A program made the position numbers and the translations under genes. The notes beneath the pieces were generated by a model. The model was not told the DNA's origin and did no database searches. It worked only from the letters and a program-made list of their open reading frames with translations. A stretch of 61,974 nt of DNA, the filler included, from Sphacelaria rigidula (taxonomy: Eukaryota), in assembly GCA_964200075.2 (NCBI GenBank). It is 5 parts of 5 records of this genome, joined end to end, with 100 filler letters (N's around TTAATTAATTAA, not from the genome) between each part and the next. Parts side by side here need not be neighbours in the genome. Positions count along the whole stretch, not along the records: positions 37,247 to 49,560 come from CAXNAA020003898.1; positions 49,661 to 61,974 come from CAXNAA020003899.1; 3 more parts are not named here. One strand, 5' to 3'. This document shows, one piece after another, positions 37,601 to 50,160 of the stretch (position 1 is the first letter of the stretch; the number at the start of each line of letters is the position of its first letter).

Positions 37601-40600
37601 GTCAAGTGGGCGCCGCTTTCAGCATAGATGCCCGCACCCGAACCCCCATCGCCGGAGCTGCTGGCGTAATTGTCTTCGAACAGGCTGCCAGCGTTGATGG
37701 CGAGCACCCCTCCGAAGCTCGCGATTGCTGCTCCACGCGACTGGGCGGCAAACGCAGCGGAGGCAACAACAGGCACCGATTGAAGTGAAACAAATAGGGG
37801 GTATGGTGAGTGTCGGGAAACCCAAAAACAAACGTTTTCACGATGGCTCATCTCCTGGGGGGAAAAGAGAAAAGAGGGAACTTGTGGACCAACCGACGGG
37901 CCATAGACGAACCATAATGAGTGCGTCGACAAAATCCCAACACAGCAGTTTTTTTCTGCCAGCAAAACATCAGCCAAGGAGTGACTCACCACCAGAATTT
38001 CGTTCAAACGCGATTTCGACCTTTCATCAACAACGGTTCATGGCTGAGGAACGCCTTCGCTTGCTCTGTTGCTGCCGGGCATCACGTCTGGGCTTCGACA
38101 ACAAGCTGTCCAATGAAAAAAACTGTCGATTAAAAATAAAAATAAAAAACTATAATTTGTGGGGAAAATTGTGATATTTTGCTCCAGAAAATATTGGCTT
38201 TATGGCTCCCCCAAATCGGCGACAATGCAACATGATACAACATTTTCTCGGACCCGAGGAGCGGGAAAGGAGGAAGGGTGTGCTGTTGCTTACTCAAGTC
38301 TGCGACACGAGAAGGTTTTGCAGCGTTCTTTCCCAATTCGAACCTGAAGGCTTTACACAGTGTGAAGGCGAGTAGCTCCACATATTTTCGGCCTTATTCA
38401 TCATCCTGATAAATCGTTCAGCCTGAGCTCCCTTCCAACTTCCATACACCATACAACGTGTAGATAGCGACTCCAGTTCATCGTACCATCGTGGGACAAG
38501 CAGGGGACGATAACGTGTCGGCGGCCTGGAAGCACCCTTTGAGAGGCAAGCATCCGCTCTCAAGGACGTCATGTCGCAGTTTTGCTGTTGGTGAGACCTT
38601 TGAAAATCCAGCATCACTCCGATGACAAGCAAGAAGTTTGCACATAAGGTTACTTTTATATACACCAAATAAATGCGCCCTAGTGTGTTACAATTAGACT
38701 GGCAAAACACCGGCGGGGGTGCGCTGATTGTACACAGTAGGGTGCTCTCACAAGAAGCAACAGTAGTCCTCTGATTCACAACCACGCCACCATAGGGCAC
38801 AGTTGTGATATGCTGTCGTGCTTGACTGCCTGGACTGGGTGCCACTGTCTAATAGCGTCGACTGTTATCGCGTGCGATCTGCTCGCGCCAAAACCACGTG
38901 TTCTACCAGCAGCAAAGCGCGCAAAAGAAAGCGCCCACCTCACACGCCAACAAAAACGACCGGAAGCTGTGGGCCCAACCAAGACCCAATTTGATCCTCC
39001 GTGTGTGCTTCCGCGAAGCTGTCACTGGCTGGCCAGTGCCATATTATGGCTGGCTGGCATCCAAGATAATAGCATGTAAAATGACCCCTGGCAGTTTTCC
39101 GGGATCGATGTTCACTGACCTCAAAGCAGATGTTGTCCACGAAGCTGGCCATACTGTTGAACGTGACCGAGCCGCCCGTCTCCTGGTAAATCACACCACC
39201 CTCCTGACCGGCGGCACGCCACGGCAACAGAGAGAGGGCAACGCACAAGCGATGCGATGATGCAGAGCACGGCTACGTATAATTTTAGGCCCATTATTAG
39301 CGACATTGTTTTTCGGAAATCTCCGATATTGTCGGGACCGGCAAGGTACCACCTGATGATTCTCGAATGCTTGCGAGTGCCACGGAGTATTCACAGGGCA
39401 GCTCTCGCGCTGCGTTGCCGTCCGAATGTGTCGGACTTCTCGAGAAATGAAGCTGAAGCTTCGGAGAACGAATCAGGCCACTTCATATCTCGGAGGAGTG
39501 TTAACGCAGAGTCCAAAAAACTCTGAAATTTTCTGAGATCTCTGAAGAAACAGTGCCGATAATAAATAAAGGGCCTTTCGATCCTCACGGATATCTCCGA
39601 AGAGAACCATCACGGAACGATTGTTCAAAAACGTGTTATAAAGAAATAACGCGCGTACACACGCGGCCATTCGGCTACCCCCACAAACATCCTCTATCGC
39701 GATTTTCGTCCTCTCGAGGGTAAAGGGACCCTCCGGGGGATACAAATACCCTCTACAGGGTGTTTCATACTCAGTTCCGGTCATAAAACAAACCTTCTGG
39801 AGGGCATCTGATGCTCCAGTGACTTCTGAGGTCTGAATCCCTCGAGAGTAACAAAACAAATGGTGCTCTGGAGGGCTGCGCATCCTCCAAGTTCCTCCAG
39901 AGGGTGCGCGGCCCTCCAGAGGCTAGACAAGCCTCTCGGGGCGTTCGATCCCACCCTTCGGGAGGGCCGCGCACCCTCCAGAGGCGTTTAATTTTTCTGG
40001 AGGCTCAAGACGTTGATTGGAACAGAGTGTTTTTGGGGGGTAGCCGAATGGCCGCGTGTGTATCCGCTCTAATGTCTCACTCCCGTACAGCCCATCCATG
40101 CGGCAAAGCGCCCGAATGCCGATTGGTGATATGTGTTCGCCCGGCACCCATAATGATTTTGCACGAGGCGCGCTCTATTATTTCCTGCGGCATCTTTCAA
40201 GAGATGGGGCAGCAGGATACGCTTGTGAGAGGTGCATCGCGGGGGCACCCGCCGACACGCACGTAACGCGCTCTTCCGCACAAAACCTGAACAGAAACGA
40301 GGCGCAGCACCCGTCCTGGCCGACCATGACCACAACCACCCAAACACACACACACACACACACACACACGCACGCACACACGCACAGATCGCGGGAAGCT
40401 ACAACATCGACAGCGATAACAGACGTGAAATAAACGCGGCCATGATATGGTATACCGTACCTGGTTGTTCCTGCCGCCAGAGTGCCTGGGAGGATCATCA
40501 CCTACTGTCACGGACGCGCGCGCACTGTGACGCGACTTCTATGCAATGCTTTTTGGCGATCAAACATCGGAAGCGTGTGCACTTCTGCTGGCTGCAACTA

Positions 40601-43600
40601 CAACAGAATACGAAGTGAATTTGAAGCTGTTGTGAGCCGCATACAAGGTGAAAAAACAAAATCCTATCCTCGGACGAAAACAAGACAAAAGGAGCTGATT
40701 GCGTGTAGTAGGTACAGAGAAGCTGATACCTGAATCGCGCCACTGGAACATCGTCGGGCCTTCCCAGTTTTTTTAGTCTGACATCTAAAAAATTGCACTT
40801 TTTCGTATTTCACATATTTCTCTAAATTATCTCCGCATCCCTTTTCCCATAATTTCTGCATTGCATCTGTGCGTCACGTCGATGTGATCTCAACCTTTTG
40901 ACCGCCAGGATGGATCTTGTATTGAATGAGCATCATTTTTGCTTGAAAAGTGGCAGTCACGACCTGACAGTAAGGCTCGTTATCGACGGAGCCGTTATTT
41001 TCAGACTCTTTATACTTTTTCGGAAGAGTAAAACTTCCTCCACGGAAATGTGACGGCAGATTTCTCATCTAGGTCAATAAATCTATCAATTTACGACTGA
41101 CTACATATTACTCGGAGAATCTAGCATTTGATTTTATCGGAAATTTCGTTGTCCGAGGAGTTGGAAAAATTCCCGAAAAAGTCGGGGAAAAGCCTGAAAA
41201 AAACGTTTCGTTAACAACGACCCTAAGATTATCCGCCCTGGGGATCAAGAGTTCGGCAAAAACGTTTGGAACCGCAGCATTCCCACGAAAACTGTACCCG
41301 TTCAAGTGAAAGGCTTGGATGGATCGTGACTTATGTATGCCCGCAGTTATCGAACACATTGGTACGGAAATTCGTGTTCCAATATGTATGTGCTCAGGAG
41401 GGCTTACTGAGGGCTTCCAGTCCGGAGGCAGCACATCAGTGTACGCAACACGCACAGTACGCTTACGAGGACTCTAATATCCTAGACGTCAGCATTTCTC
41501 GGGAGGATTGCTCGATGTCAGTGTGCTGATTCCGTTGTCTAACTCAGCGTCACACGAGCTTCAGAGGGCATTGGTCAAGAGATGACGCGGATCACCGGCT
41601 GTACACGTCGGACATACAGGTAAAGTGGCACAAAAATATTCTAGCCCAGTCGACCCTGGCCAATGCTCACCGGTGATGCAAAGGAAGAGTTCAATCGTTA
41701 CAGCTGACTGACCGACTAGGCTACATGTACTCAAGCAACTCACAGCTGCGGCGTTGTTCGTGAAAATGGACTCCCCCTCCACCAGGATGTCTCCCCTGTT
41801 GTAGATACCCCCGCCTTGGCCTGAGAAGAAGCCCTGAATGGACCCACCAGGAACGTAGAGTAAGCAAGCATGGAGTCGCTTCACAGGCTTCATAATGCTC
41901 GATATTGGGGGAAGTCGGCGGCGCAGCGTTGTATGATTTGTAGGGCATGTCACGAAAATACCCACGGTTACCCTCAGGATGATACGCTTGGGAAAGATCA
42001 GAAGACAAGATACGCGAGTGCAAATCGCACACACACCCATGTATATACACATGCATATTGGAGTGATACAAATACATATACCCCTGATGGTAGCGCCCGG
42101 CTTTTTGCACGACTGCAGGCTAACTTTTGGGTTATCATTCTATCCGTGGGTCAATTCACACACTTGAGTTTTTTTTTTTTCTCTTCTCCTCAATGTGAAA
42201 TCCATGGTCAACCTCAGCTTCGTTGTTGTTCATGATGAGCTTCTCCTTGAAGGTGATGCTCCCGGACGCGGCGTTAGAGATAGCCCCGCCTTTGTTCAAG
42301 TTCGTATTGTCCCGAGTGTCCGCCTTGTTGTTGTCAAACGTGGCGTCCTTTTCGAATACGAGAGCGCCTTTGTTGTGCAGGGCTCCACCCTTCTTCCTGA
42401 TGGACCGGAGACTAAACCCACCACCTCCAAACAGGACGGGGGGCAGCTCAGTCTCCATAACCGTGTTGTTGTAGAAGCCCGCTGTCCCCATGAAGGTTGC
42501 AGTGGCGCCTTCCTGGACATATAGCGTACCGCCGTTCTTCTCCTGAGTACGAAGAATAAAGCACGAAAAACAAAAAGATGACAAACAGGTCAGCATACTT
42601 TCATACATGTAAATGCAACCACATTTTTTCATCTATTTCTTGACACACGGAAAACCCCTCCCTTTTTCAGGACGAGTCCGTAATTGTAAGGGATCGGCGC
42701 GTCTTTCCCTCGGTTACCCGCCTTGAGATTTGGAATTGCAGCTTCGATAATGACTTACCAGCATTCCCGCACTCCGTGGTTTCTCGCCAAATACACTATT
42801 TTTGCTTTCTCACGTTCTCACCTTCCCAATGGTGCAAATCACATGCCTTTTAGAAAAAAAGACCCAATTAAATTATTCTGGGAATCGAACCGGCACCTTC
42901 CAACCTAATGGTGCAATTTGTACCATTAGACCACCTGGCGCTGCGACCACATCTAGTAACAGAAACGGTCGAGGTCAGAATTTTGGCGAACACAGCACCA
43001 CCAACCAACCGTATAGCCATCATGACGCTGAAATGCTCGCCGCATTCATCCACCAATGCGCTGAATCGCCACCCGGCGCTCGTAGATTGTATTTCATCCA
43101 CGCTGGCGACTCTCAATAATGCGCAGATATGTGTTGCAGTCACGATGGCGAAGTGTGTGACGACAGTACCGTACGATACTGAATAAACAATACACTTGCA
43201 CTTTGTAAAGCAGACAGTAGACAGCAGTAGTAACAGCAGCACCAAGAGAAAGAAGCGATAACGAGTGATAGCAGCGTTTGTAACTCACGAGATCATGGCG
43301 GGCCTACTGTCCGAGAAGGACAACTTTTTGGTCGTGGCCTCAGGCACGCACTCGGAGTACGGTTTGCTATCGTTTTGAGATGACAACAAGAACGGGCTTC
43401 TCAGTTGGTATATCGTGGCGATGGATATTGTACTTATCCAGCCATCGTCCGCGTCTATGGAGCGAGTGTTTTCAATTTTGAGGGGGTGCTTGAACTCCCG
43501 GCAGGAGAAGAAGTTAGGTGACCGGATCGAATCCGCTCACATGATGAAGTACAATCGGTACCGGTAGTTCGACAAGATTTCAATTTCGACTGACGGTAGA

Positions 43601-46600
43601 TGATGCGGGGGGGGGAAGGAGGGGGGGGGGGGGATAGCTTGGGGCTTGCTGGGCGAGAGACCAAACTCAACAACTTGAGAAAAGCTTCATGTTCTAATGA
43701 TAAATAATCCACAGAACTTCGAATGCCCAACTTGTCGTCTTGTCCCCATGCTATAAGGCGCGCCTTGTGAGGGGATAATTTACTGCCACAACGCCACAAC
43801 AAGGACGGGAATAGGCGCATGAAGCGCGCCTAGTTTGCGCTAAAAACTCTTACAAAAAAATTAAAGCTTAATTTCAAGAAAAAAAAACGCGCATACGGAA
43901 CTAAATTCTACCAAGGGTCTGCACGTTACACTCGTGACGTGTGGCGTCGTGACGCGTTTCACGTCAAAAATTAAGCAAGGCTACTCGTAGTAATACGGTG
44001 GGGGACGGGGATCACGTGCGGAGCCCTGTTCAAAAATTGAGTCAAATCAGGACTCCCCACGTGGTGCCCGTCCCCCACCGTAGTACTAGCGTGGCTCAAC
44101 TTTTGACGACTTTTGACGTGAAACATGAACGTCACGAGTGTAACGTGTAGACCCTTACAAAAAACGGCGTCGAGCGAGTACAGTACTGGGCGTGGCGATG
44201 CCCCCCCATCTGTTCTATCGTCTGTAGGGCTACACCAATCAGACACCAAACGAGCACGACTCATACTCATTCGGTCCTCCGCCTATACCACCCACGTGCA
44301 CCGCGCGTACCACGTTGGGCATCAGGTGCTCGTCAATGATCGCGAGGCGGAGGGCGGAGAATGCCACCACTAACGCCGGGGATGGCGCAGGATACGACAT
44401 CACTTAATTTCAAGGATGGGTTGATGAAAATGTGGGCGGTGGTTCACCTCACACATTCTGTCCTGCCACTAGACGGCCGTTGCCCTTGCGGCAGCGCAGT
44501 TGGTTGATCCTCTGGCGGGCGTGCTTCCCCATCTCGTGCTTTCCCCCCCAAAGTGTGCAAATAATAATATGGCCATGAGGCGACGCCGACGCATTGTACA
44601 TGATGCCGGCGGCACTCACATTGTTTCGCCGTCATTAGAACACGGTAGGTGTGTGCGAAAGGTTGGAGAGGTGGTGTGGAAACAGCTCCAGATTTTCTAC
44701 AGAGGCGAAATTTTTTACACAAGTGATGGTGGGTTTATTACCTTTTTTCGCGGAAAGGTGGGATACACATCGGCCATGTTACGCATTTCTCGGGGGATAT
44801 CCACTTCATGAAAGACTGAAGACTTTTACCGCGGGGCGCCCGCGACGCCGTGATCAGGGCGATCACAGAACAGGATTCCAGGCGATGATTGGAAACTCTG
44901 TCACTTCCCCACGTCAAGTACTGCAGTAATCGCACCCCGCCCCCAAAGAAAGTGAGCGCAGGCTTCTTCGGCGTTACCGACGCGGGTGAGTCGCAGAACA
45001 CGATGCATATCGCGCAAAAATTCAACCGCCGAAGGCATTGCGACGGCGACACGGCAGAGTCAAATTAATGATCGGCATCATATCGCTTGTGGGCAACACT
45101 GGTACCAAAATTCCTCTCCCGCGGATATTTCACATCCATCCATCCACCGTGCCACCGTGTCGTCGCCTGTCGCCTCTTCTTGGACATGATTATTCTGCAG
45201 CGTCCTTCGGCGCCGCCAAGCACGCTCGAATACTAAACGTTCACTTTGGGCCGCTATCAACGATAATATCGTTTTGGGGGGGACTTCTGCTGTTCGGGAT
45301 ATCCCCATTGCTGCCGAGGGGCAGGGGCTACACACAACAACAGTAGGAGTTGCATTTAGAAATTCGCCTCCGGGGAACAACGAGACACTTCATTTCGGTA
45401 AAATTTCGACAGACGGCGGAGCGAAGTGTCAAAAATGTCCGCAAAATTGAGACACACGTGAATAAAGTGTAACTTCGTTCGACCCCTCATCCTGGTGGCA
45501 ACCATGGCAAAAAGGGGTTTCACCACATCTGCACTTGTCCGCGAACCATATTGCAGCTCATTCATAGTGACCCTGTTTGTTTGCAATGGTCGTTGTTGCC
45601 AATACCGGAAAAGGGACCAAGTGTCGGAGGCCCGTCTACCGCACCGTATCCCAAAAAGCGCGTGCGGCCCGTAGGCGCTTCTCGTTCTCACCAATACCGG
45701 GCAGCCGGTGAGGCAAAAATGTGACGCCGAGATGTTCTCGTACGCGGGATATGCGGCGCAACTTTCCTGCCGAATATTGCGACAGTCGACTACTCCCCAT
45801 TCGCTCTTTCCTACAGCAACTTCGGTTGTGGAGTTCTCCAGCGCGGGTTGAATACCGGCCGCGAAACAAAGAGCACTGTTGTCTATAGATGAGCAAGGCC
45901 TATCGCCAGGCGTGATGCACTTGTGCTGTCTGTGAATGTCCTTGCGTGTTTATTTGGGCTGGGTTGTGAAACTGTAACGTGTTTCAGTCATGTGTTTCAG
46001 TCACACCCGTCGAGATTTCCAGACCTGTTTCCGACTGCGTCCAGTACCGCCGAAAGAATCATCGGTCTTCCCAGAAAGCCAGAATCTCTGCTGGGACCCA
46101 GAGAGGTTGTTTTGGTCCGGCAAGCCGGCAAGCTGTACAATTGCTTCTTTCCTTCCCCGGCTTCATATTTCATTTCTTCTGGTCTCGATAAGACATGGCA
46201 TCATCACTTGCTTTCAAACTGCCCACCGCCCGTCCCAGATTTGAGACGCCAGGTTCACGATTATGCGGCGTTCTCGCTATATATACACGGCCACTACGAG
46301 CATGATTCATGTATCTGCGCACCCAACCTTCCCTGGCCTCTCTGTAGAGTAAGTGCATTGCATATCTTCAGGCCGGTTGTGGGTTCAGTATTGCGTTCGT
46401 ACAACATCACGCTGCCTAGAAACTAGAAACAATATTCTCCAACAAAGTGGATTTATCGATTTTTGGCGGCCTGCTCTGGTTTCGGACGTGCTGTAGTGCT
46501 GCAATCTCGCGACAAAAACGTTTGCTGATATCTCCAAGACGATAATGCACGGTATATTGCCTACAAAATTGCCTGCGGCCGAACGGCACCCGCCAGCACA

Positions 46601-47334
46601 ACAAGCCAATTTCTCGCGAACACGTGAGATTCGGCGGCCATTTGACTACTGTGTCCGTCCAGTTTGTGTTCGGACTTGCTGCAGTGCTTCGAGCTCGTAT
46701 CGCCGTGCACACTCCCAGAGAGATAGTCTGTTGCGGCGTGGAGATATTATGATGGTCACGATATTATCCATGGCTACGATGTTCGTGCGGCGCGAGGAGG
46801 TGTGCGAAAAATGGAGGACACTAACTGTTGTAGTAGTGTACTGTGATGGGGGGGTAAACATGACCCCTGTTGAAAATTCACTGTCGAAATCGGGTCATGG
46901 CCACATCGGGGTCAGACATGTAATCGAAAGTGATCTGTATGGAGATGAGGGTTGTATAATGACTTTTCTGTTCCATAGCGATACAGGTGACCTCACACTG
47001 TGAAACTCACCTCCCCATCAGTAAGCCCCACATCCTTCATCACCACGTTCGGCTGCACGGTGAGCTCCCCCAGTACCTTGAACGCCATGTTCGAGAAGGT
47101 GACATCAGGCACCGTGGCCGATAGAGTCATCGCATTTCGGACACGGAAGCGCGTGTAGTCGTTGCACTCGATCGTGGGGCTGGTCACAGTAATTTCGGTA
47201 ACGGTTGTGTCGTCGATTCCTGCCAATTCAGCGCACGATGCGACTTCATAGGCAACGGCGTTTGCCGTGGACACTAAGCTCACGGCTGTAAGTAGCGCGA
47301 ATAAGGGCATTGCCGCTGTCTTTGTAGACATCAT
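37601..47334 (-). CDS. Secreted polymorphic-outer-membrane-protein-like (GGA[I/L]/FxxN beta-helix repeat) adhesin-like protein, 3'-partial
   Basis: Exons 47334-47011 (signal peptide MPLFALLTAVSLVSTANA), 42542-42213, 41833-41744, 39203-39120 and 37740-37601 join in frame at GT-AG sites. Repeats: NGGTLY..FYNN, KGGALHN..FDNN, KGGAISN, GGGIYN..FTNN, GGVIY..FVDN, GAAIA..FEDN, GAGIY. Confidence 0.85.
39658..40060. mobile_element. TA-flanked MITE (Tc1/mariner-type) in an intron
   Basis: ta|cacacgcggccattcggctaccccc ... gggggtagccgaatggccgcgtgtg|ta. Confidence 0.8.
40343..40386. repeat. (CA)n microsatellite
   Basis: Seen directly. Confidence 0.9.
43913..44156. mobile_element. MITE with about 28-bp TIRs
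   Basis: aagggtctgcacgttacactcgtgacgt and acgtcacgagtgtaacgtgtagaccctt. No clear TSD. Confidence 0.7.
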
Positions 47335-47884
47335 GGTATGGCCCAGGTTGTCAATGATGATGGGGTTAGTCTTGTTGGAATGTAGTGTGTGCCCCTGCGT
47401 CTCTTGCAGATATGAGAAGTGGGTGGTCTCCTTCCCGAGACTGGGTATCTCAATTACAGCAGTACAGAATCGCAAAATCACGCCTAATCAACATACTAAT
47501 GTACTTCCAGATTACTGCTCTTCCAAAATACTGTACTACTATCTGTATAGTAGAGTACAACAGTACTTCACATCTGCAATAATACTCCGTAACTTTACAA
47601 CAGTAGTTCAGTAGTCATAGAGAACCGTGCAGGTATATCGTTGTCAGAAGATGGCTTGAACGGTGACATTATTGTCATAACTCTCAACTACAGTATATAA
47701 CATATAACACCCGGGGGTACGACAAAATAAAATATTTTTTGTCGTACTGCGCAAGAACAATTTGGATATATCCTCCCGCCGAAAATTCTAGTAGCACCCA
47801 GCGGTAGGATATAAAGATCCACCCAATACCTTCTTATGGGCCTTTTACTACCGACAGCAACAGAAAAGGTACAGATTTGGAAGG

Positions 47885-48058
47885 TCAACACAGGAGTTTT
47901 TTCTTTCTGATTTTGTTCTAGTACCCCACCTTTCTTCTGCAGTGCTTGCCTTACTTTCCATCGCGAGAAGGGTTCGGCGTTCGCTGGTACGTGTGTCCCT
48001 CGTCGACCGTAGGGTCGAGCTGTGTGTATTCACAAGGTGATCGCTCCCCACTGCTGGT
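47885..48058 (-). mobile_element. Diverged inverted copy of the SINE body
   Basis: Its reverse complement ccagcagtggggagcga..cggtcgacgaggga..gaacccttctcgcgat..gcagaagaaag matches 48464-48590. Confidence 0.6.
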
Positions 48059-48165
48059 AGATGGTGACATGATGATTTATAGTCACGTTCCTTTGCGCCT
48101 TGTTTTTATGCTGTACCCCCTTTGTGAAAATCATATCTGAAAAGGCACGTGTATATCCTGATCAA

Positions 48166-48734
48166 GGTCGCCCCGGTAGCTCAGTTGGTGAGTGAAGGAT
48201 CGGAGCGTAGCGGGATGTGCGGTTTGTGTATCGGTACGAATCGTTACATAGTAGTGCAACGGATCAAGCTGCCGGATTACAGCGAAGCAAGAATTGGATT
48301 CAGCGTAGTCGGGAAAAAAGAAGCAGTGCTAACAACAGTACAGTACTCGTCGGCATTTATTCAGCAATAATATCGTCAAGCAACGCCCTCGACATCTTTA
48401 GACGGTTGGGCCGTGGGTTCGAATCTTGGAGCGATCTGGGATTTGTTTTTTCCTACACCATGCCCAACAGTGGAGAGCGACTATGTCGAGTGGGTATACA
48501 AAATTTGACTCAACGGTCGACGAGGGAAAGGGATTGCTGAACCCCTCTCGCGATAAAAAAAAGAGGCAAATACCGCAGAAGGAAGGCAGGTCGGTAAATA
48601 CTGTAAGAAAGAAAGAAAAAGCCCCCGTGTGGACCTTCCTCCTGTGTGACCTCGTCTTGTGTGCCCACGTAGTATACCGAAAGGTGTAGACCGGCGTCCA
48701 CAATAGACGGGACGACAACACAACACAACACACA
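48166..48734 (+). mobile_element. tRNA-derived SINE with a split head and (CAACA)n tail
   Basis: A-box tagctcagttgg at 48177, B-box gggttcgaatc at 48415, acceptor-like stem ggtcgcccc/ggagcgatc, and 3' tail acaacacaacacaacac. Confidence 0.65.
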
Positions 48735-49491
48735 GGGCGGAGGGCCAAACTCTACCTCCTCAGCAATTTCTCACGCCGTGTTATTAGGCCAACTCTGATG
48801 GGAGCCGCTCAAAATATTATTTTTAAAAAAATACTGTTGTATGAGCTGGGCCAGCCTAAAAACGGATTTAAGCTCTCAAAGCAATATCTCATCGACATAG
48901 ACGAGTTGGGCCATGATCCGCATATCGCATCAATCATCCAATCAAGGGGAAGGTGCCCATCTGCTAGAAATCTGGCCCAATTTTTTCTCGTTGATTAAAC
49001 CCCATGTCTTGTAATTCCTATACCGTACGGAGATAGCGTTCACACTAAAATCTATATGAAACCCCGAACGATGCATTCATTGGATAATGACAATTTTTGG
49101 TGTGGGCCTTCCCTGGAGCACGGGGAGACGATAGATACCCTCACCTTCACTCAATTCGTAATCTATCTCGAGATATGGCGCACATAATGTCCCATACTAA
49201 AATCAATATATTACGAGCAGAAGCACTAGATGCCCTAAATCTGGATATCGCGTCTCAGTTTTTGAGAGTTGTGCTATGAAATTTGGTATGGAAAACCGCT
49301 ACGTAGTTTATTATGAAATCAAATAAACAGCTTTTCTTTTCTCTCTTTTTTTCCTTCATTTTTTTCGTGTTTTAAGGGGAGTTTTGAGGAGAAATGAACG
49401 GTGCTCTTGGGCCCTCTCATTTTTTTAGCTCAATTTTTAGAAATGTGATTCAAAACTTAGCATGGAGAACGCCCGAACCTCTCTCCCCCCG

Positions 49492-49560
49492 CGGTGCTCC
49501 GTCTCGAAAGGGATGCGTGGTCAATGGTCAAACGACTAAGGCAAGCAACAAATGAGTACG
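49492..49560 (+). mobile_element. LINE family A 3' end at contig end
   Basis: ggtgctccgtctcgaaagggatgcgtggtcaatggtcaaacgactaaggcaagcaacaaatgagtacg (GAPSRKGCVVNGQTTKASNK*). The contig stops where the C-tract would begin. Confidence 0.8.
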
Positions 49561-49660
49561 NNNNNNNNNNNNNNNNNNNNNNNNNNNNNNNNNNNNNNNN
49601 NNNNTTAATTAATTAANNNNNNNNNNNNNNNNNNNNNNNNNNNNNNNNNNNNNNNNNNNN
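49561..49660. other. Artificial spacer
   Basis: N-run/TTAATTAATTAA/N-run, 100 bp. Confidence 0.98.
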
Positions 49661-49732
49661 TGCCCACGCTTCCTCCTCCGCTCGGGGTCCTCGCCTGTGG
49701 TGGTCGTCGTCGCCTTTGTTGTCACCATCAGC

Positions 49733-50160
49733 GGGGGGGGGGGGGGGGGGGGCGTGCTCATTTGTTCCTAGCCTTAGTCGTTTGACCATTGACCACGCAT
49801 CCCTTTCAAGACGGAGCACCGTTCCTACTCCTACTAGCGACACCTTCAACATTTCGGCGCTCATTACGTTTCTTCCATACATTGCACAGAGACCTTCTAC
49901 ATATCTTATCCCCGTCCTGTCTCACTGTCTCTGGCCACCACTTATCTCCTAGTATAACCACCGGTTTCTCGCTACTACTGTCTACTGCATCAAACGATTT
50001 CAGGCCGCCTTCATTCACGTCCCGCATTTCCCCCTCTAGCACGTCCCCTTCCTTCTTGTATAGTTCTCACATTCTGCGACTATATGAGTTCTGCTCTCTA
50101 TTGCTTCGCCACATGGGCAGTTCTGTGTATCTACTTCCTCCTCCACACGACTTCTGGTGA
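49733..50160 (-). mobile_element. 5'-truncated LINE (family A) ORF2 C-terminus with CCHC zinc knuckle
   Basis: Minus strand EEEVDTQNCPCGEAIESRTHIVAEC (frameshift) ..VLEGEMRDVNEGG..ILGDKWWP..LCNVWKKRNE..RSRNGAPS.KGCVVNGQTTKARNK*, followed 5 nt later by (C)19. Confidence 0.85.

Noticed and set aside
48166-48436. Functional tRNA gene
   Set aside because: The A and B boxes are about 225 nt apart, no clean anticodon arm is visible, and a repeat body and simple-repeat tail follow, so a SINE is more likely.
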